DNA of 64,000 nucleotides from Takakia lepidozioides (Eukaryota > Plantae > Bryophyta), in the NCBI GenBank assembly GCA_030704615.1, contig CM060734.1, forward strand, positions 37,076,001 through 37,140,000, read 5' to 3'. Shown in pieces: positions 1 to 14,503 of the stretch (the stretch's first letter is position 1; each line of letters starts with the position of its first letter). Below the pieces are notes generated by a model. That model was not told the DNA's origin. It was given only the letters and a program-made list of their open reading frames with translations, and did not search any database. The position numbers were made by a program, and so were the translations under genes.

Positions 1-1746
1 CTCTTGCCAGTGATGTTCCATGCTCCATGGTTGACCTTCATGACAGACACTCCAAGAGCATCAAAAGTTTTGACAGGTTCCTTTATGGAGGAGTGCTAGT
101 ATAGCTTTTTACAACATTCATGCAAGTCGCTCTGGGCTCTATGTAAGGTTGGCTTAGACTACAGGAGGTCCTGGACCAAGTATGATGTTTGACGCCACAT
201 ATTGAATGGGGTACCCAGACCCTTTTCACTACGAGAATTTGGGGTACCCAACTCATTAATCTTCTCCAACGCCTTGAAGGAGCCAGCACCACGAATTTGA
301 TATCCTCCAAGAGATAATGTCAAAATTGGGGTTGCACCCAATATTATTACCCAAACGGGATTTGGGGTTGCTTGTAGTGCAATAGTAGCACAATGAGAAA
401 CATATAAACATGTCCGAACTTACAAATGCTAAACAAGCTTGTGCATGGCAAGGATGCCCCTCTCACCAGGCTCATAGCGAGTCCCGCTCACTGTCCTCTT
501 CAAGCTCCCAAGTATCTCCACCATCTACACCAGCATCAGAATTGCACTCTGATATCTTGCCACCATCGCTAGACAGTTCTTGACCTTGTGTCATGGCAGT
601 CAGCTTTTCTTTCACCCCAAGGAGAATTGAACCAACCTCGATCCACAAGAGCTCTTGTGCACACTGCTCATGTCGGTAGTCTGGAGATTTTTCATTGGTC
701 TGTGACAACCACAGCATGCTGAGCAGCCACATTTTAAGAAGCCACAACCATCAACCCTCCAAAGTACCTTGCAAACTCAAGGAAAAACCCTTGGGCAACC
801 TACTTTCATGCCCTGTTGAGGAAGAAATTTTGCAAAGCAACCTGAGACTGTAACTCAACTCAACAGCTCCGGGTACAATCCAGTACAAAAATATCATAAT
901 ACGACAGACTCCTTCGCAACAAAGCACACCTTGTCAAAGCTACAGTCGCAACATTGCGAAGGATCTTTGAAGGACTCCGGCCAGCTCTGTTCCATGCTCC
1001 AGCGTAGACCTGCATGCGAGAGATACCAAAAGTTTCAAGAGGGCGAGGTTGTCAATTATGGCCTTTGTCTGGTGCTTCTTGATTCTTCGACCAGATTACA
1101 TTAGTTTCCGCTGGATATCTCTTTTCCAAGCCTGCATCCTACGTTGCATACAACACAGCGACCCCCGAAAAACGAAACAGGAAAGTTCTTCGTGTATTAC
1201 CTAGTTTTATTCGCATCTCTGAAAGCTTGGGGGTCCCTTAAAGCCACCACTTTCAGGGACTTCGTCCTTGGCGCATTGCCAAGGGGAATGCCGCTTTCAG
1301 CTCCACAGCTCAGGCCCTTTCGGGTACGGAGTCCGCATGCAATTGCCAAAGCATGCTCCGATCCCCACTAGTGAGTGAGAGAGAAGCAGACCAGAGATGT
1401 TTGTTTGGCACAACATACCATCGATACAAGATACGATCGCACCACCAGGAAACGATCATCCGCCTTCAAGGATCACGCATACGCTTCAACCATCATCGGC
1501 TGCTCCATCTTCTCCATTCCAGCCACTGCTAGCTAGAAAATTTGGCGGCACTGCCCTGCTCTATCGCCAAATACTGCTCTCTACTCTGACAAAATCCTTC
1601 ATAGTTTAGGGCGAATTTAGCGGTAACCCCCACCCCTAGCTGCCCCCGCCATTTCGCCATTTCGCCATCTCCTTGGCTTGCTTTTTGCTCTGTGTAGTTC
1701 TTCATTCTCTGCAACTTCCATCATCTGCTTTCTCCATACAACCAAA

Positions 1747-2468
1747 TGTTCCCAACCTATAGTGACGGTTCTCAACCTATAATGACCGTTTCTATCGTAT
1801 AGTTACCGTTCCTATACTATGGTTATTGTTCCCAACCTATGTAGACGGTTCTTAACCTATAATCACCGTTTCTATCGTATAGTTGCCGTTCCTATCGTAC
1901 AGTTACTGTTCCCAACCTATGGTTACGGTTCTTAACCTATAATGACCGTTTCTATCGTATAGTTACCGTTCCTATACTATAGTTACTGTTCCCAACCTAT
2001 AGTGACGGTTCTTTAACCTATAGTGACCGTTCCTGTCGTACAGTTACTGTTCCTATACTATAGTTACTGTTCCCAACCTATAATGACCGTTCCTGTCGTA
2101 AAGTTACCGTTCCTATACTATAGTTACTGTTCCCAACCTATAGTGACGGTTCTTAACCTATAGTGACCGTTCCTGTCGTACAGTTACCGTTCCTATACTA
2201 TAGTTACTGTTCCCAACCGTTCCTGTCGTACAGTTACCATTCCTATACTATAGTTACTGTTCCCAACCGTTCCTGTCGTACAGTTACTGTTCCCATACTA
2301 TAGTTACTGTTCCCAACCTATAGGTTCTTGACCTATAATGACCGTTTCTATCGTACAGTTACGGTTCCTATACTATAGTTACTGTTCCCAACCTATAGTG
2401 ACGGTTCTTGACCTATAATGACCGTTCCTATCGTATAGTTACTGTTCCCATACTATAATGACCGTTCC
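1747..2468. repeat. Tandem minisatellite of ~20-bp units with an 80-bp (4x20) higher-order period
   Basis: Units cccaacctatagtgacggtt / ctcaacctataatgaccgtt / tctatcgtatagttaccgtt / cctatactatagttactgtt repeat as ABCD at 1751-1830, 1831-1910 and 1911-1990, then continue with irregular unit skips. Confidence 0.95.
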
Positions 2469-3119
2469 AGGGTTTCTCGAGTGGCCACGATTTCGTCTCT
2501 CTTCTCCTTGTCTTTTGCCCAAGTTGTGCCGCCTAAGAAGTCCGTCTCCTTCTTTATTTCCTTGAAGTGGTTGCCCAAAAATGCAGGACTCTGAACTGGA
2601 GGCAGATGAAAATCCGACATGACCATATTTTCATCTAGTTTCAATTTGGTCTGTACAAGTTTCCATTCTTCTTATTCATGCATTTGAGCAATTTGGGTTA
2701 AGTATTGTAAACCATACGAAAATATGGTCGGCACAGCTTGGGCAAGAGACAGGGAGGAGAGAGACGAAATTGTGGCTACTCTACAAACCTTACATAAAAC
2801 TTGAACTGTCCTTTCTCGGGCAGCTGCCCGAAAAACTTCCCCAGAGTTCCCACAGATACCGTGCGGTATACGACACGAAGCCATACGACCCCAGCCACCC
2901 CCAGTCTTGGACGAGCGGACGGGCGATGCACGAACGAAGCGACAACAACGAACGAAATCCGGAAGATCGCAGGAGATTGTGTTGGCAGCCTCGCGTGCTC
3001 GCTTTTTTGAAACCGCCGGCCCCGAAATAACTGCTCATCGCCGGAACATTCCACCCGTCCCGTATCTACGGTCTGCAATGGCCACCTTAGTTACCAAACT
3101 CGTACATATTAACTCTTGA

Positions 3120-3431
3120 CCGTGGATGGAAATACTCCGGAACATCTCCGCCGTTGGACGTGTCGATCCACGTCAAAACTGACCATTCAAAAAATTTCAA
3201 ATTATTGCTGGGTATGGGATTAGTAAGTTCCCAATACCGGGATTAGTGAGTGACAGCGAGGAGTATTAGTGAGTTTAAAATAGCCGTAATTTTAGTAATA
3301 TTTGTCGGCCTTGGTGGAGGTTATTCGAGCCGTGGATGGGAATCTTACGATCGATCCCAGCCGTCGAGGTATAACCCGAGGTTGCGTAACTGGCAAGAAA
3401 GCGAAGTGGCGAGGGGGTTGTGACCGTGGAT
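3120..3431 (+). promoter_or_regulatory. Putative histone promoter elements (ACGTCA hexamer, octamer-like CGTGGAT variants)
   Basis: GATCCACGTCA at 3165-3175 (hexamer overlapping a reverse CGTGGATC) and CCGTGGAT at 3120, 3331 and 3424, upstream of H3.3. The plant histone octamer is CGCGGATC; function is inferred. Confidence 0.35.
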
Positions 3432-4242
3432 GATGACGGGGAGATGATCGGGGTCGTTCATAGGAGATACAGAGAGTCGGTGAGAGACCTTCGTTCTTCT
3501 ACAAACCCTCGGCACTTGTTGCATCGATTGTTGCGCTTTGTTTTTGTCTTCCTCATTTCTTCGCTGTCATCGTCGTTGTTGCGCTCTGTGTTTCCTTTTA
3601 CCTGCGTTCTGTGCGCCTTTGCGTCGTGCGTCTCCTTGCTGTAAAGTTTTGAAGGTGCGTTTCTATTTTTCAATTCGCCTCTGAAGCTAGCTCTTTGTTA
3701 TGTTATTTCTTGAAGCGTTTACATATACGCTTCTTTTGTCGTTCTTTTAAGTGTTCTTAGTGTTCTTTCGGTTCAAAAGGCAGTTGCGTCGAGCTCACCT
3801 TTCCCACTATATCCTCTTGTCAGTTCTTTGTTTCTCCCTATGATGTGTTTCCTTGTTCATTTGTTCCTTGTATCATGTCTGTAGTCGTACAGCACCGCTT
3901 TGGAAAGTAGCATGATATCGTTAGATGATTTTGCAGGAGCTTTATGCTTTTGATTTCCTCGTCTTTGAAGAGAGCTATGTTTGCTTTGGTTGTCATCGGG
4001 ACGTGGTGTAGGGTCTCTTTGTCCTCTAAAGGCACGTTGTTTAAGCATTACTTCAACGTTGTTCTACTGTGTTGCTTCTGCCTTCCATTCGGTGAGGGAC
4101 GGGATTGAGAATGTAGGTGTCCATGAAGATCTAGAATGCTGACTCTTTGAGTTGCGGATTTCAAGGTCTTCATGGTCGATGTGTTTTCTTGGATTCATGT
4201 TTCGGAAACCCTAGGTTATTGCATCTGTGTAAACTGATGTAG

Positions 4243-5249
<1,007 letters not shown>

Positions 5250-5894
5250 GCTGTCAGACCCTGAACCAAAAAAATCCCAAAAAATAATAAAAAATTGGGT
5301 TCATTCGAACCCACCAAAAAAGTGCCAGTCCCCTGAGTAACATCAACATTCATCTCTGCATATGGTTGTGGTTTCAATCTTGGTGTTTGCAATAGGTTTT
5401 TGAGACTGTGCCTGACCCCAATCTGGAATCATTGAACTTCAAGTGATGGGATGGAAGGCCCAGTAGATCTGCTCTTTCTGTTCTTTTCCTCTGTGGTGGG
5501 ACAGAGCCCTTTTTCACCATTGTAGTATTGTGTACAGACTTTGCAATCTTTCAGTGGTGTGCATTGCACATGTTTTAGATGTTTTCAATCCTTAGGAAGT
5601 AAGAGATTTTGAGTCAGATTTTGAGGAAAATAGGTTTCATGGCCTTTGAAGGATGCTGTCTGACATTCCAGGGATATTTCTTGAATTTAGCTGGAGACAT
5701 GAGTGTAGGTCCTTGCCAGTGAGGATGACTTGTTGGGCAGTTTTCTTTGGCTGCTTTGGAGTAACTTTGCAAGAGTGTGCAATTTTGTAGTGGATATGCA
5801 TTTCAATCCGTGGTTGGCTAGCCCTCACAGGAGTCCAGAGTATACTAGGCTCTCCAGATACACCGGTTTTGATTGGTTGACGATGGAAGAATGC

Positions 5895-6040
5895 ATGTTT
5901 GTTGAATCATTGGAGGGTGATTGTGAATCATTGAGTCATGTTTGTTGAATCATTGGAGGGTGATTGTGAATCATTGAGTCATGTTTGTTGAATCATTGGA
6001 GGGTGATTGTGAATCATTGAGTCATGTTTGTTGAATCATT
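5895..6040. repeat. 43-bp tandem repeat, ~3.4 copies
   Basis: atgtttgttgaatcattggagggtgattgtgaatcattgagtc is repeated exactly. Confidence 0.95.
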
Positions 6041-7748
6041 CAAGGATCATTGTGGTAGGTCAACTGAAAGGCTTACAGTTCACATTAACATTTACATGAA
6101 CTCAAGAGGTTCATGCACACTGGATGTCTGGAAGCAAGTTTCATACCAGGATTGCTTCAGAGCCCACCCCTGATGGACCAGCACTGGGGGGGTGGTGGTC
6201 CTGGCCAACATGCATGAACTTCAACCCTATCTGGTTTCAGTGCCTGGCCCCCTTCACTGCAGTGTCCCTTGGTCTCCACTCTCCTCCACCCCTCTTTCCC
6301 ATATGTACGCGGCATTGCATTGACCATCACACCCTTGGCTGCATCTTTGTGGTCATTGTGCCTTCCAAGAGGTTTCCCGGGAAAATTACCGTGAGCTCTT
6401 GTAAGGAAACGCCGTACGGGTTAATGATTTTCATTCATAGCGGATGATAAGCAGGCAATGGGTCCGATGGATGAAGAGTGGGGCTTGTCTCTGCGAGACG
6501 AGTACTCTCGCAACGAGCGTGGGTGGCCCCGTCTCCAGACCCTAAATTCGAGCAGAGCTCATGTTGCGGTGTGGAAGATCTGAAGCTGAAGAGAGTGAGA
6601 GAGAAGACGGTAGATGGAATAGAGAATGAGGGGGTGCTCTGAGGGGGCGCTGTGAGAGGGCGTGAGGTCTGCTTTGGGAGCAGAGAGGTGGAGGTAGCTT
6701 CCATGCTGAGTGTCCACCAGCTGCTGTTCACACCTGAGGTGTTCCCTAGGTGAGAGTTTCAGCACTACATTCACATTCTTGTGGGTCATATGAGAAAACA
6801 TGTGTGTAAGGGCGTGGGTGAGGGAGAGAGGGAGGTGGGGGGGGGGGGGGAAGGGGTAGGGGGGCATGGGGTCTTCTTTGCGTATAAGCTTCCTTTAGGT
6901 CATAGAGATGCTATTCATCACTTAGAATTCTAATCTTATTGCGTTCTTTTGTCTTTTCAAACTCATGATAGGAAGGGTGACACATTTGTACCTAGGCTTG
7001 TGATGTTGGCTCCATTTTTCTCCGAATCTCCATTACCATTTCATCTATGTCTTTCATAGTTGTGGTCAAGATTGCACACCTTCCCATTTCGTGGTTTGGA
7101 AGTCGACTTATTGTTCCACTATTTATCTATGAGTATTTGGTATGATCATAAACCAAAAGACATCAATCATAGCTTGATTAAATGTAATCCATATGACAAA
7201 TTGAATCGTTTGTGGCAAATTACAATGGTGGCCCTTGAGTTGCAAGATAAATTGATGGCCAATCCACCCACGACGTTGTTGCAACCATGAAATGTTGTTG
7301 ACGAAGATGGTAATTGGTTCTAGGTGGCGGTATTGTAAAGTGAATCGGTTTATGAAGGCCAAAACCATCAAGTGGGGTGAAGGTGTCACAATTTATACAC
7401 CATTAAGAACACGGTGATTACAAATGCCAATATTTGGGCAAAGAGGTAGAGCTTCAAATCACTACGTTGGTTAAGGGAATATGGAGTGTTGATAAGCGTG
7501 TTCTTTGCAGGCAATAGGTATTTTCCATCAAACGTTCAACACGGAGGAAGGTATCCATAGGCGATGGCCACATTCAATTCAACTATAAATGTAATGGCAT
7601 GATACCTTTATCTTGTCCATAACCTCTCTTTCACTTTGTTTCACTCGGCATATCTCCTTCCATAATCCCTAAAGGGCAAACAACTCATTCCACTTGACAT
7701 ATATCATTGGTGGTGGCATATTAGGTGCTACGACACCTCTGTTCATAT

Positions 7749-10480
7749 AGGGCCCAACCCTGAAAGGGGAGTAGCCACAATAGCCACAAGGTGTAGTGGC
7801 TCTTAGTTATGTTGGCTTTGGCCGGAGTCTTCTCTCTCTTTCTCTCTCTGGTGGCGACATTCTTCTTTACATGCTTGTGTGTCTCCTAGAAGAAATAACT
7901 TAAAGGGGAATCTCTTTGTTTCCCAACATGTAGCAGTAACATACCTCAATTCGTGGTTATTGTATAGGAGGTCATCATGGGCGTGCACCCCATATTAAAG
8001 GAGCTCCCATTAGGACATGAGTCGGAGCTATTCGTAGAGTTTGAAGATGACGAGGTCCCGATGTGTCACAGTTGCAAGAGCATATGTGAATGGGCATTTT
8101 TCAGTTCACACCAATCCAAGTAAGTTATCAAACTTTCATCACAGAGTATGTTGATAGATCTAGTTGCGCCAAACAGCAACCTTTGTCCAAAGAACTAGTG
8201 GATGCTCTCAATAGTTTGAGTCCTAGAATGATTGGGATGCTTAATCAATCTTGAGCACTACACCTATAGTATGGGCAACATTAGATGAGCAATGGGTAGT
8301 TCTTCACTCCCCTTATGGGCCTTCTCATTCTCATTCAAACAAGGCGTGACATGAGGGTTAGAAAAATAGATGTATGTTAGACTTCCGGTGCCTCACCATA
8401 GAGAGAGAGACGAGAAAAGACTCGCCGAAACTGCCGTAACTAAGAGCCACTTAGCCTCACGGCTATTGCCCCCTTTCAGGGCTGGGCCCTATATGTTGGT
8501 GTGTCATATTTTAACGGTGTGCATTAGCCCTTAGGGCTGAAGTGACACCATAAGTTAGGCCTGCTTTGACATACATCTTTCCTCCTCCTTGGTATGTCAC
8601 TATTTAGGTGCTAAGTAAATCTGAATTGTGGGAGATTCGTAGCACCAAAGATTCATGGTGTAAGATATCTGCCCTGACGAAGACACGCTAATCTACGCGG
8701 GGAAAGTGTTAATCTCCATATCAGTTTGTCTCCACAATTACGTGGCTCCGCTCCAATAGACTTGTCCCTAGATAGATTGACTTCATTGCAGATTCAGCTA
8801 CAACACCCAACAGATGCTCCACTGGTTAGGGGAGAAGACCGTTTTTACAAGTGGCCGTGGATTCAAAGCCACAGTCACCCATCATGGCCAACGTAGCTAT
8901 AAAATGGGGGTACAGGGGTTGATCGGTTACTTAATGTGGGTATGTGGGGACTTTCGATTCCTTGGGGGAGGGTTGGGCAACCACATTGCCCCGATTACAG
9001 CCGTTAGAAGGTGGCCTCCTTCGAAACAAAAGGCAATATCCCCTCGGGGTGAAGTGACACCATAAGTTACGTTTGTTTTGGCAAGAGACTTCATTCCTTT
9101 TTGCTAAGCTACAAGCTGCCAATGATTCATAATCGTGCCAAGCCTGATGGTACATGTGAAATGACTACACTAAGTCCGTAGGGCCCACCCCTAAATGAAG
9201 TAGTAGTCGTAAGGCAAAGTGGCTCTTAGTCAGGTCGTCGTCTCTCTTCTCTTTCTCTCACCGAGACCGCTCCTAAGGGAGCTGCCCTGGCTCTCCGCTT
9301 CCTAACCACTACAGGCCCGAAAACTGTATTTTTCGGCCTTGAATGTTTATGCAAGACGTGTCGAAATTTTAACGGACAATGAAGTAAAGCCGAGCCAAGA
9401 TTGGTATGTGTCAGAGCTACAACGATAGTGTGTCGCCACGCCATCATATCTTCTCATTGAACATAGTGCTAGAATCGATGCATTTGTCGTAGTTGTTAGC
9501 CTCAACCTTTTGAGCCACAACAACATTAGCATGAGCCTCATCTTCCATGACATGTCGTCAGTCTCGAAGCGTGATCTGTGAGTATTTGACATACTATGGA
9601 CAAACAACCACCACTTTTACATGTGAGTGTGAACTAAATCAAAAGGTCTTTACTAGAATGAAGGGCATCCAACAGATGGCCGTAATTCGAGCACAAGGCT
9701 ACGTTATAAGTGGTCGTGGGTTCAAAGCCATGTAGGTGTATATTGTTGGATGTTATCCACTATGGCCAACCTAACTATAAGAAAAGGGTAACTGGGTCAA
9801 CCAGTTACATATAGTGTGGGCACCTGGGGACTTTCGAATCATTGGGGGAGGGTTGGGCAACCACATTGTCTAGGTTATGGCCATTAGAAGGTGTCCACAT
9901 TCCAAAGGGAGGGTAGTACCCCTCAAGGTGAAGTGTGACAATAAGTGACGTTTGCTTCGGCAAGAGTCTTCCTCCTCCTAGATTGACTACTAGTGTGGTA
10001 AACAAACAAAACAACATGCAAAACTTTGTCCTAATTACACGCATCATTCTTGGTCAAGAGGCCGCAAAATAGAGAGAGGGCTGATCAGCATCGGTAAGTG
10101 CACCCTCATCAAACAAGTATTTAGCCACCTAAGGCAATGATCTCGTCAAGGTGTCGACGTTCCCATGGAGCTTTCCTTTTTTGTATTGTATGGTGCATTG
10201 GAATCCTTACAACAAGAGTGCCCAACGTGCCAAACGCCCCGTTAGTTCTCTTGATTTCATCAACGCACAATGGGGCTGGTGGTCTATTAGGATCAGAGGC
10301 AAAGAACTATGTAAATAGGCTTGGAAGTGTTTGACCCCAAAAACCATGGCCAGTCCCTCTTTATTAGGAGTCCCTTGTTCTTTTCAGCCTTGGACAGCCG
10401 CCTACTAGAGTATGCAACCACCCATTCGTCACCATCCACCACTTGACTTAGAATGACTTCCTTCCCCTTTTTCATTTCCT
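7749..10480. mobile_element. Cluster of degraded LTR-retrotransposon relics
   Basis: Diverged direct repeats ~8848-9092 and ~9707-9972. A dispersed motif (ccctgaaagggg...gtggctcttag) at ~7749-7850 and ~9181-9260, inverted at ~8400-8495. Minus-strand Ty3/Gypsy RNase H fragment VILSQVVDGDEWVVAYSSRRLSKAEKN at ~10378-10460. Confidence 0.6.
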
Positions 10481-10775
10481 TAGGACTATCACGATAGGGT
10501 GCTTGATAGGGTTACCCTCTACCACAATGTCATGTGCAAGCACCAAAGTCTTCCCAAGATTTGTGGGGCTAGAGCTAGATACATCAAGGTTGTTGCATTT
10601 GAGCTTGGTCAAAGCCTCCTTCTCCTTAGGATTAATGTCACATACCTAGATTTCAGACATGACAGAGGGCCAACTTGCATGCATCCTACACACTCAAAAG
10701 GGCTCAGATCAGAATCCAACACCTAACCGACTTGGTGCACGTCATGGAAGTACCCGTGAAGAGGTGGGTCCAGCC

Positions 10776-11233
10776 CAGTGTTGTTCTGATATCAGTGTTA
10801 GGACATACCAGACTGGTCCTGGTACCAGACGTATCACAAAAAATTTATACCAGTCTGGTCTATATAATGGTGGATGTATAATTCTCTACATACTGGTATG
10901 AGTATGAGTATCATGACCACAATATCAGCTGGTACGAGATATCAATTCTGGTATCATTCCAAAGCCATCTTGAATTACAAGTTCATCACTAGCAAGTATC
11001 AAGTGAAAACGAAAAACAAATACAATATAAATAAAGAAATAAATATACATAAATTAATATAGTATACATACCAGAGTAAATGAGGAAGACGGCGGGGAAG
11101 TACTGGTACCAGCCTGGTCTGGTATATGACCCAGTATTCTCCCAACTGATACCAGACTGGTCTGGTGTATCTAATCCAGTGCATATGCCAGTATTTTATA
11201 CCAGTCCTTCACCTATATACCAGACCAACACTG
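10776..11233. mobile_element. hAT-type MITE (458 bp)
   Basis: Imperfect TIRs CAGTGTTGTTCTGATAT ... ATACCAGACCAACACTG. Perfect 8-bp TSD GTCCAGCC (10768-10775 and 11234-11241). Subterminal TACCAG(A/T)CTGG repeats. Confidence 0.92.
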
Positions 11234-13914
11234 GTCCAGCCCCGTGTCCCCATAGCTAAATGCAACCGTGATTTTCTGCACCTCATGAATGGGAGGAGAG
11301 CCACAAACCTTGGCCAAAATCTGCCCTTTCTATACCATCAATGGGGCTCTCTCACGTTTAGCCTCACGCCTCAAGCACCAGGACGTCCCTTTGTTCCTTT
11401 GTATTGTAAGGTTGATTAGTAATTCCATTGGCCACCAAACAATGTCTACTCTCAGCCAGCCGTCTTCACGGTCTATTGTCAATGTAATGTCCATGTGGGC
11501 AATTGAAAGCAATAGAGGTGCCATGAATGACTTGTGACATTTTAGGATGTGAAGTCATGACCAGCCTTAAGGTGGCTGTCTTGCTCCGCTAACTTCTAGC
11601 TGAAAGGGCTTATTTTAATTGGTCACAATGGGAAGTGTCTTTATTTAGATAGGTTATATTTGATATTTAATGTCTCTATGTATGGTGAAAAAACTCTTGA
11701 TTATTATGTTGGTCAGACTTTGACATTTTCTCTCTGTGTTCGTAGGTATTATATCTCATTAACCACGGCACATGTTGTTTGTATTACAGTGGTCAAATTT
11801 TGGAGATGTGCTCATCATGTGTCAAAGAGAAGCCACACGACGGGGACAACAATGAGGTATGGAAACTTCACATGCGAGAGGGGTTGCACGAGTGTCTCAC
11901 CTCATTGAGCATGTTGGTGGCATCATGCACATTTTTTGCCCAAAGTGATTCAACGAACAACGAGAGTGACAGAACAACAAATGAGGGATCTTGTCAACAT
12001 GATGCAGATTTCTTGTTCTTCAGAGGATGCATCATATGGTTCTTCAAGATTGTCACTGGGGAGATGGATATAATGTGACAGGTTATGAATTGATGAAACA
12101 TTACAATAGTTGCTACCCGGATGAAAACATTAATATCTACAAGGTCTTCAAAGTTATGGGAAAATTAGGGTTTAAGTCTACAAAGTACAGCCGATATGTG
12201 AAGAAGTTAGACAAGAAGGTGAACATTATCCTTGGTGGGGCTTTGAAGAAGCACTAGTGCTAGGATGACATTTGAAAACTATTTGATCCTAAGATATTTT
12301 GTTAGAGGTTGCTCAGCTTAACAGTTTCATTTTTGAAACCCTAAATTGCTGAAGGGCCATCATTTCATGCCAACTATAAGTTATTCAGGCTATGCGGTGA
12401 CTTGCTTAAACCATATATATGGATATGCTAAAAAAAAGTTTAAGTACTCACTTCTTATTTTAAGCCGAACCCTCAAAGTCCAACCTCAAAGTCCAACGTC
12501 TTCCCTAATGTTTTTTTATTGCATTTGGATGTCAGAATGATATCCCTCCATCCTACATCTTTGATAGTTATCCATAACAATTCCATCCCCTCATTGTCTA
12601 GAGATGTGATCATAAATGGGAGATGATCATCTCTGCAGAATATGAGTGGGGGTAATGCAAATTGCCGCTTGAGGATCGATCCTTCTTGTGGAAATCTGGG
12701 TACAACCACACATCATTAATGTTGGGAAGAATTGCAATCTGACTCCTCAATTACTGTAGCTTCTATATTCTTTTGATGCGAACTGTCATGGAAGGTTTGG
12801 ACATTTTTTCGGCCCGGATGTTTTAATGGATAGTTAACAAAGATCTTGATCTGTCGTTAGGTCACCCTACATTATTTTGTGTGCCTCGACAATTGGGCCC
12901 TTGTTGCCCCAACATTGGTTTCTCAATTTCCTTTATCTGCAATCACCCACATGGACAATTACTCTTTGCCCTTCTAGCCACACCTTCATTCTTCTGCTCA
13001 TGATTTGTTAGTTCCTTTAGAGATGCAGACTTGCCTATCATCCCTTTGAATAGTTGCATTGTTTGCACAAGGCTTGGAACACTTATATGACACCCTCATG
13101 GATCACGTGTATGAACATTTCTTTTTGAGCATGCCCACTAATGCATATTTTGATGTATACCCGGGTGAATATATGGCCATCCCTGAAAGAGAGCAGTAGC
13201 CGGGGAGCTATTCTAGTCACAAATCTTTGCATTTTGCCTCAAGACCTGCCTCAACGATTTTAAACACATTCCGCAAGTACTTGCCAAATGCCATGGGACT
13301 CATGGTCTACAGACCTCACTTGTGACACGTACGTCAAATATGTAAGACTGAGCTTTTCAGAGGTGCAAGGCTAGATGCGTCATCAAATTTGCGATATAAA
13401 GGGGTTGTAGAGTTGATCAAGTCTTTTTCGGATTCAACCCAAACACTAGGAGACGTAGTTGAGATACATCCTCCTTTGCAACGGCTCAATGTAGAAACCA
13501 TGTACAAGACCCAGCTTGGTTAGTTGTACAGAGCTGATAAACAAGTGCAAGAAAAGTTGGAAATCTTCAAAGACTTGTTTGAGAAAGTGATAGGTGCGGG
13601 CTGCCCGGCTCAACATTAGTGGCGACCTGATTCCAATGTTGAGGAGACTTGATCTACAGAGCTATGAGGCCAACTTAAAACAGCGAAAGCCGATCGTTGA
13701 TGAGATGGGCTCTTACAGTATGATTATGACAAAGCATTGCAAGGAGAGAGAAGACGACGGCGGGGCCGGTGTAACTAAGAGCCACCCTTTGGCTACTGCA
13801 TTTTGTCACTCCTCTTTGCATCAGATTTGGTTTACCACATCCTTCAGCAATAGACCTGCATAGACTTACAACAATACCTTTGTCATCACTACTAACCCAT
13901 CAACTCGCTTGGTG

Positions 13915-14503
13915 TACATCTTCTTTGCTGCCCTTGTGGTGGTTAATACACTTGAGACTCGATGCAGTAGCTTCAATTGCTCACAAAGGCAGAATTCCAT
14001 GTTCTACGAGCAGTCAATGGCTCTTCCATCGATCCCTTCGTTTACAATGTATTGACATCGCCCTTTCATTGGCTAATGTTGTTGTCACAAATCCTACTCC
14101 ATCAGATCTACTTTCACTTGCATCATCATCATAGGGAGCGACAATAGACCAAACAATAAGAAAGAAGGTGGATCAAAAAGAGCCGAGAGGTGAGATGAAG
14201 CTACATCTTCTTTGTTGCCCTTGTGCATGGTGAATGCACTGTAGGCTTGATGCAGTAGCTTCAATTGCTCACAAGGCAGGATTCCATGTTCTACGAGCAG
14301 TCATATGCTCTTCCATCGATCCCTTCGCTTACAATGTGTTGACATCATCCTTTCTAGAAAATGGTTTTTTGGGTATTTTTTTTTTTCTTATTGGCTAATA
14401 TTGTTGTCACAAATTCTACTCCATCAGATCTAACTTCACTTGCAGCATCATCATAGGGAGCGGCAATACATCGAAAGAAGGTGGATCAAAAAGAGCCAAG
14501 AGG
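13915..14503. repeat. Diverged ~280-300 bp tandem duplication
   Basis: catcttctttg...gatgcagtagcttcaattgctcacaa...gaaggtggatcaaaaagagcc occurs at ~13915-14190 and ~14203-14503. Confidence 0.9.

Noticed and set aside
1747-2468. CRISPR array, or rRNA/I-CeuI-site similarity (GTAACTATA)
   Set aside because: No unique spacers, eukaryotic context, and only a short chance word match.
83-3078. Minus-strand gene divergent from H3.3 (ORFs 159-341, 472-747, 2790-3038)
   Set aside because: Possible, but there is no recognisable domain and I could not build a defensible exon chain.
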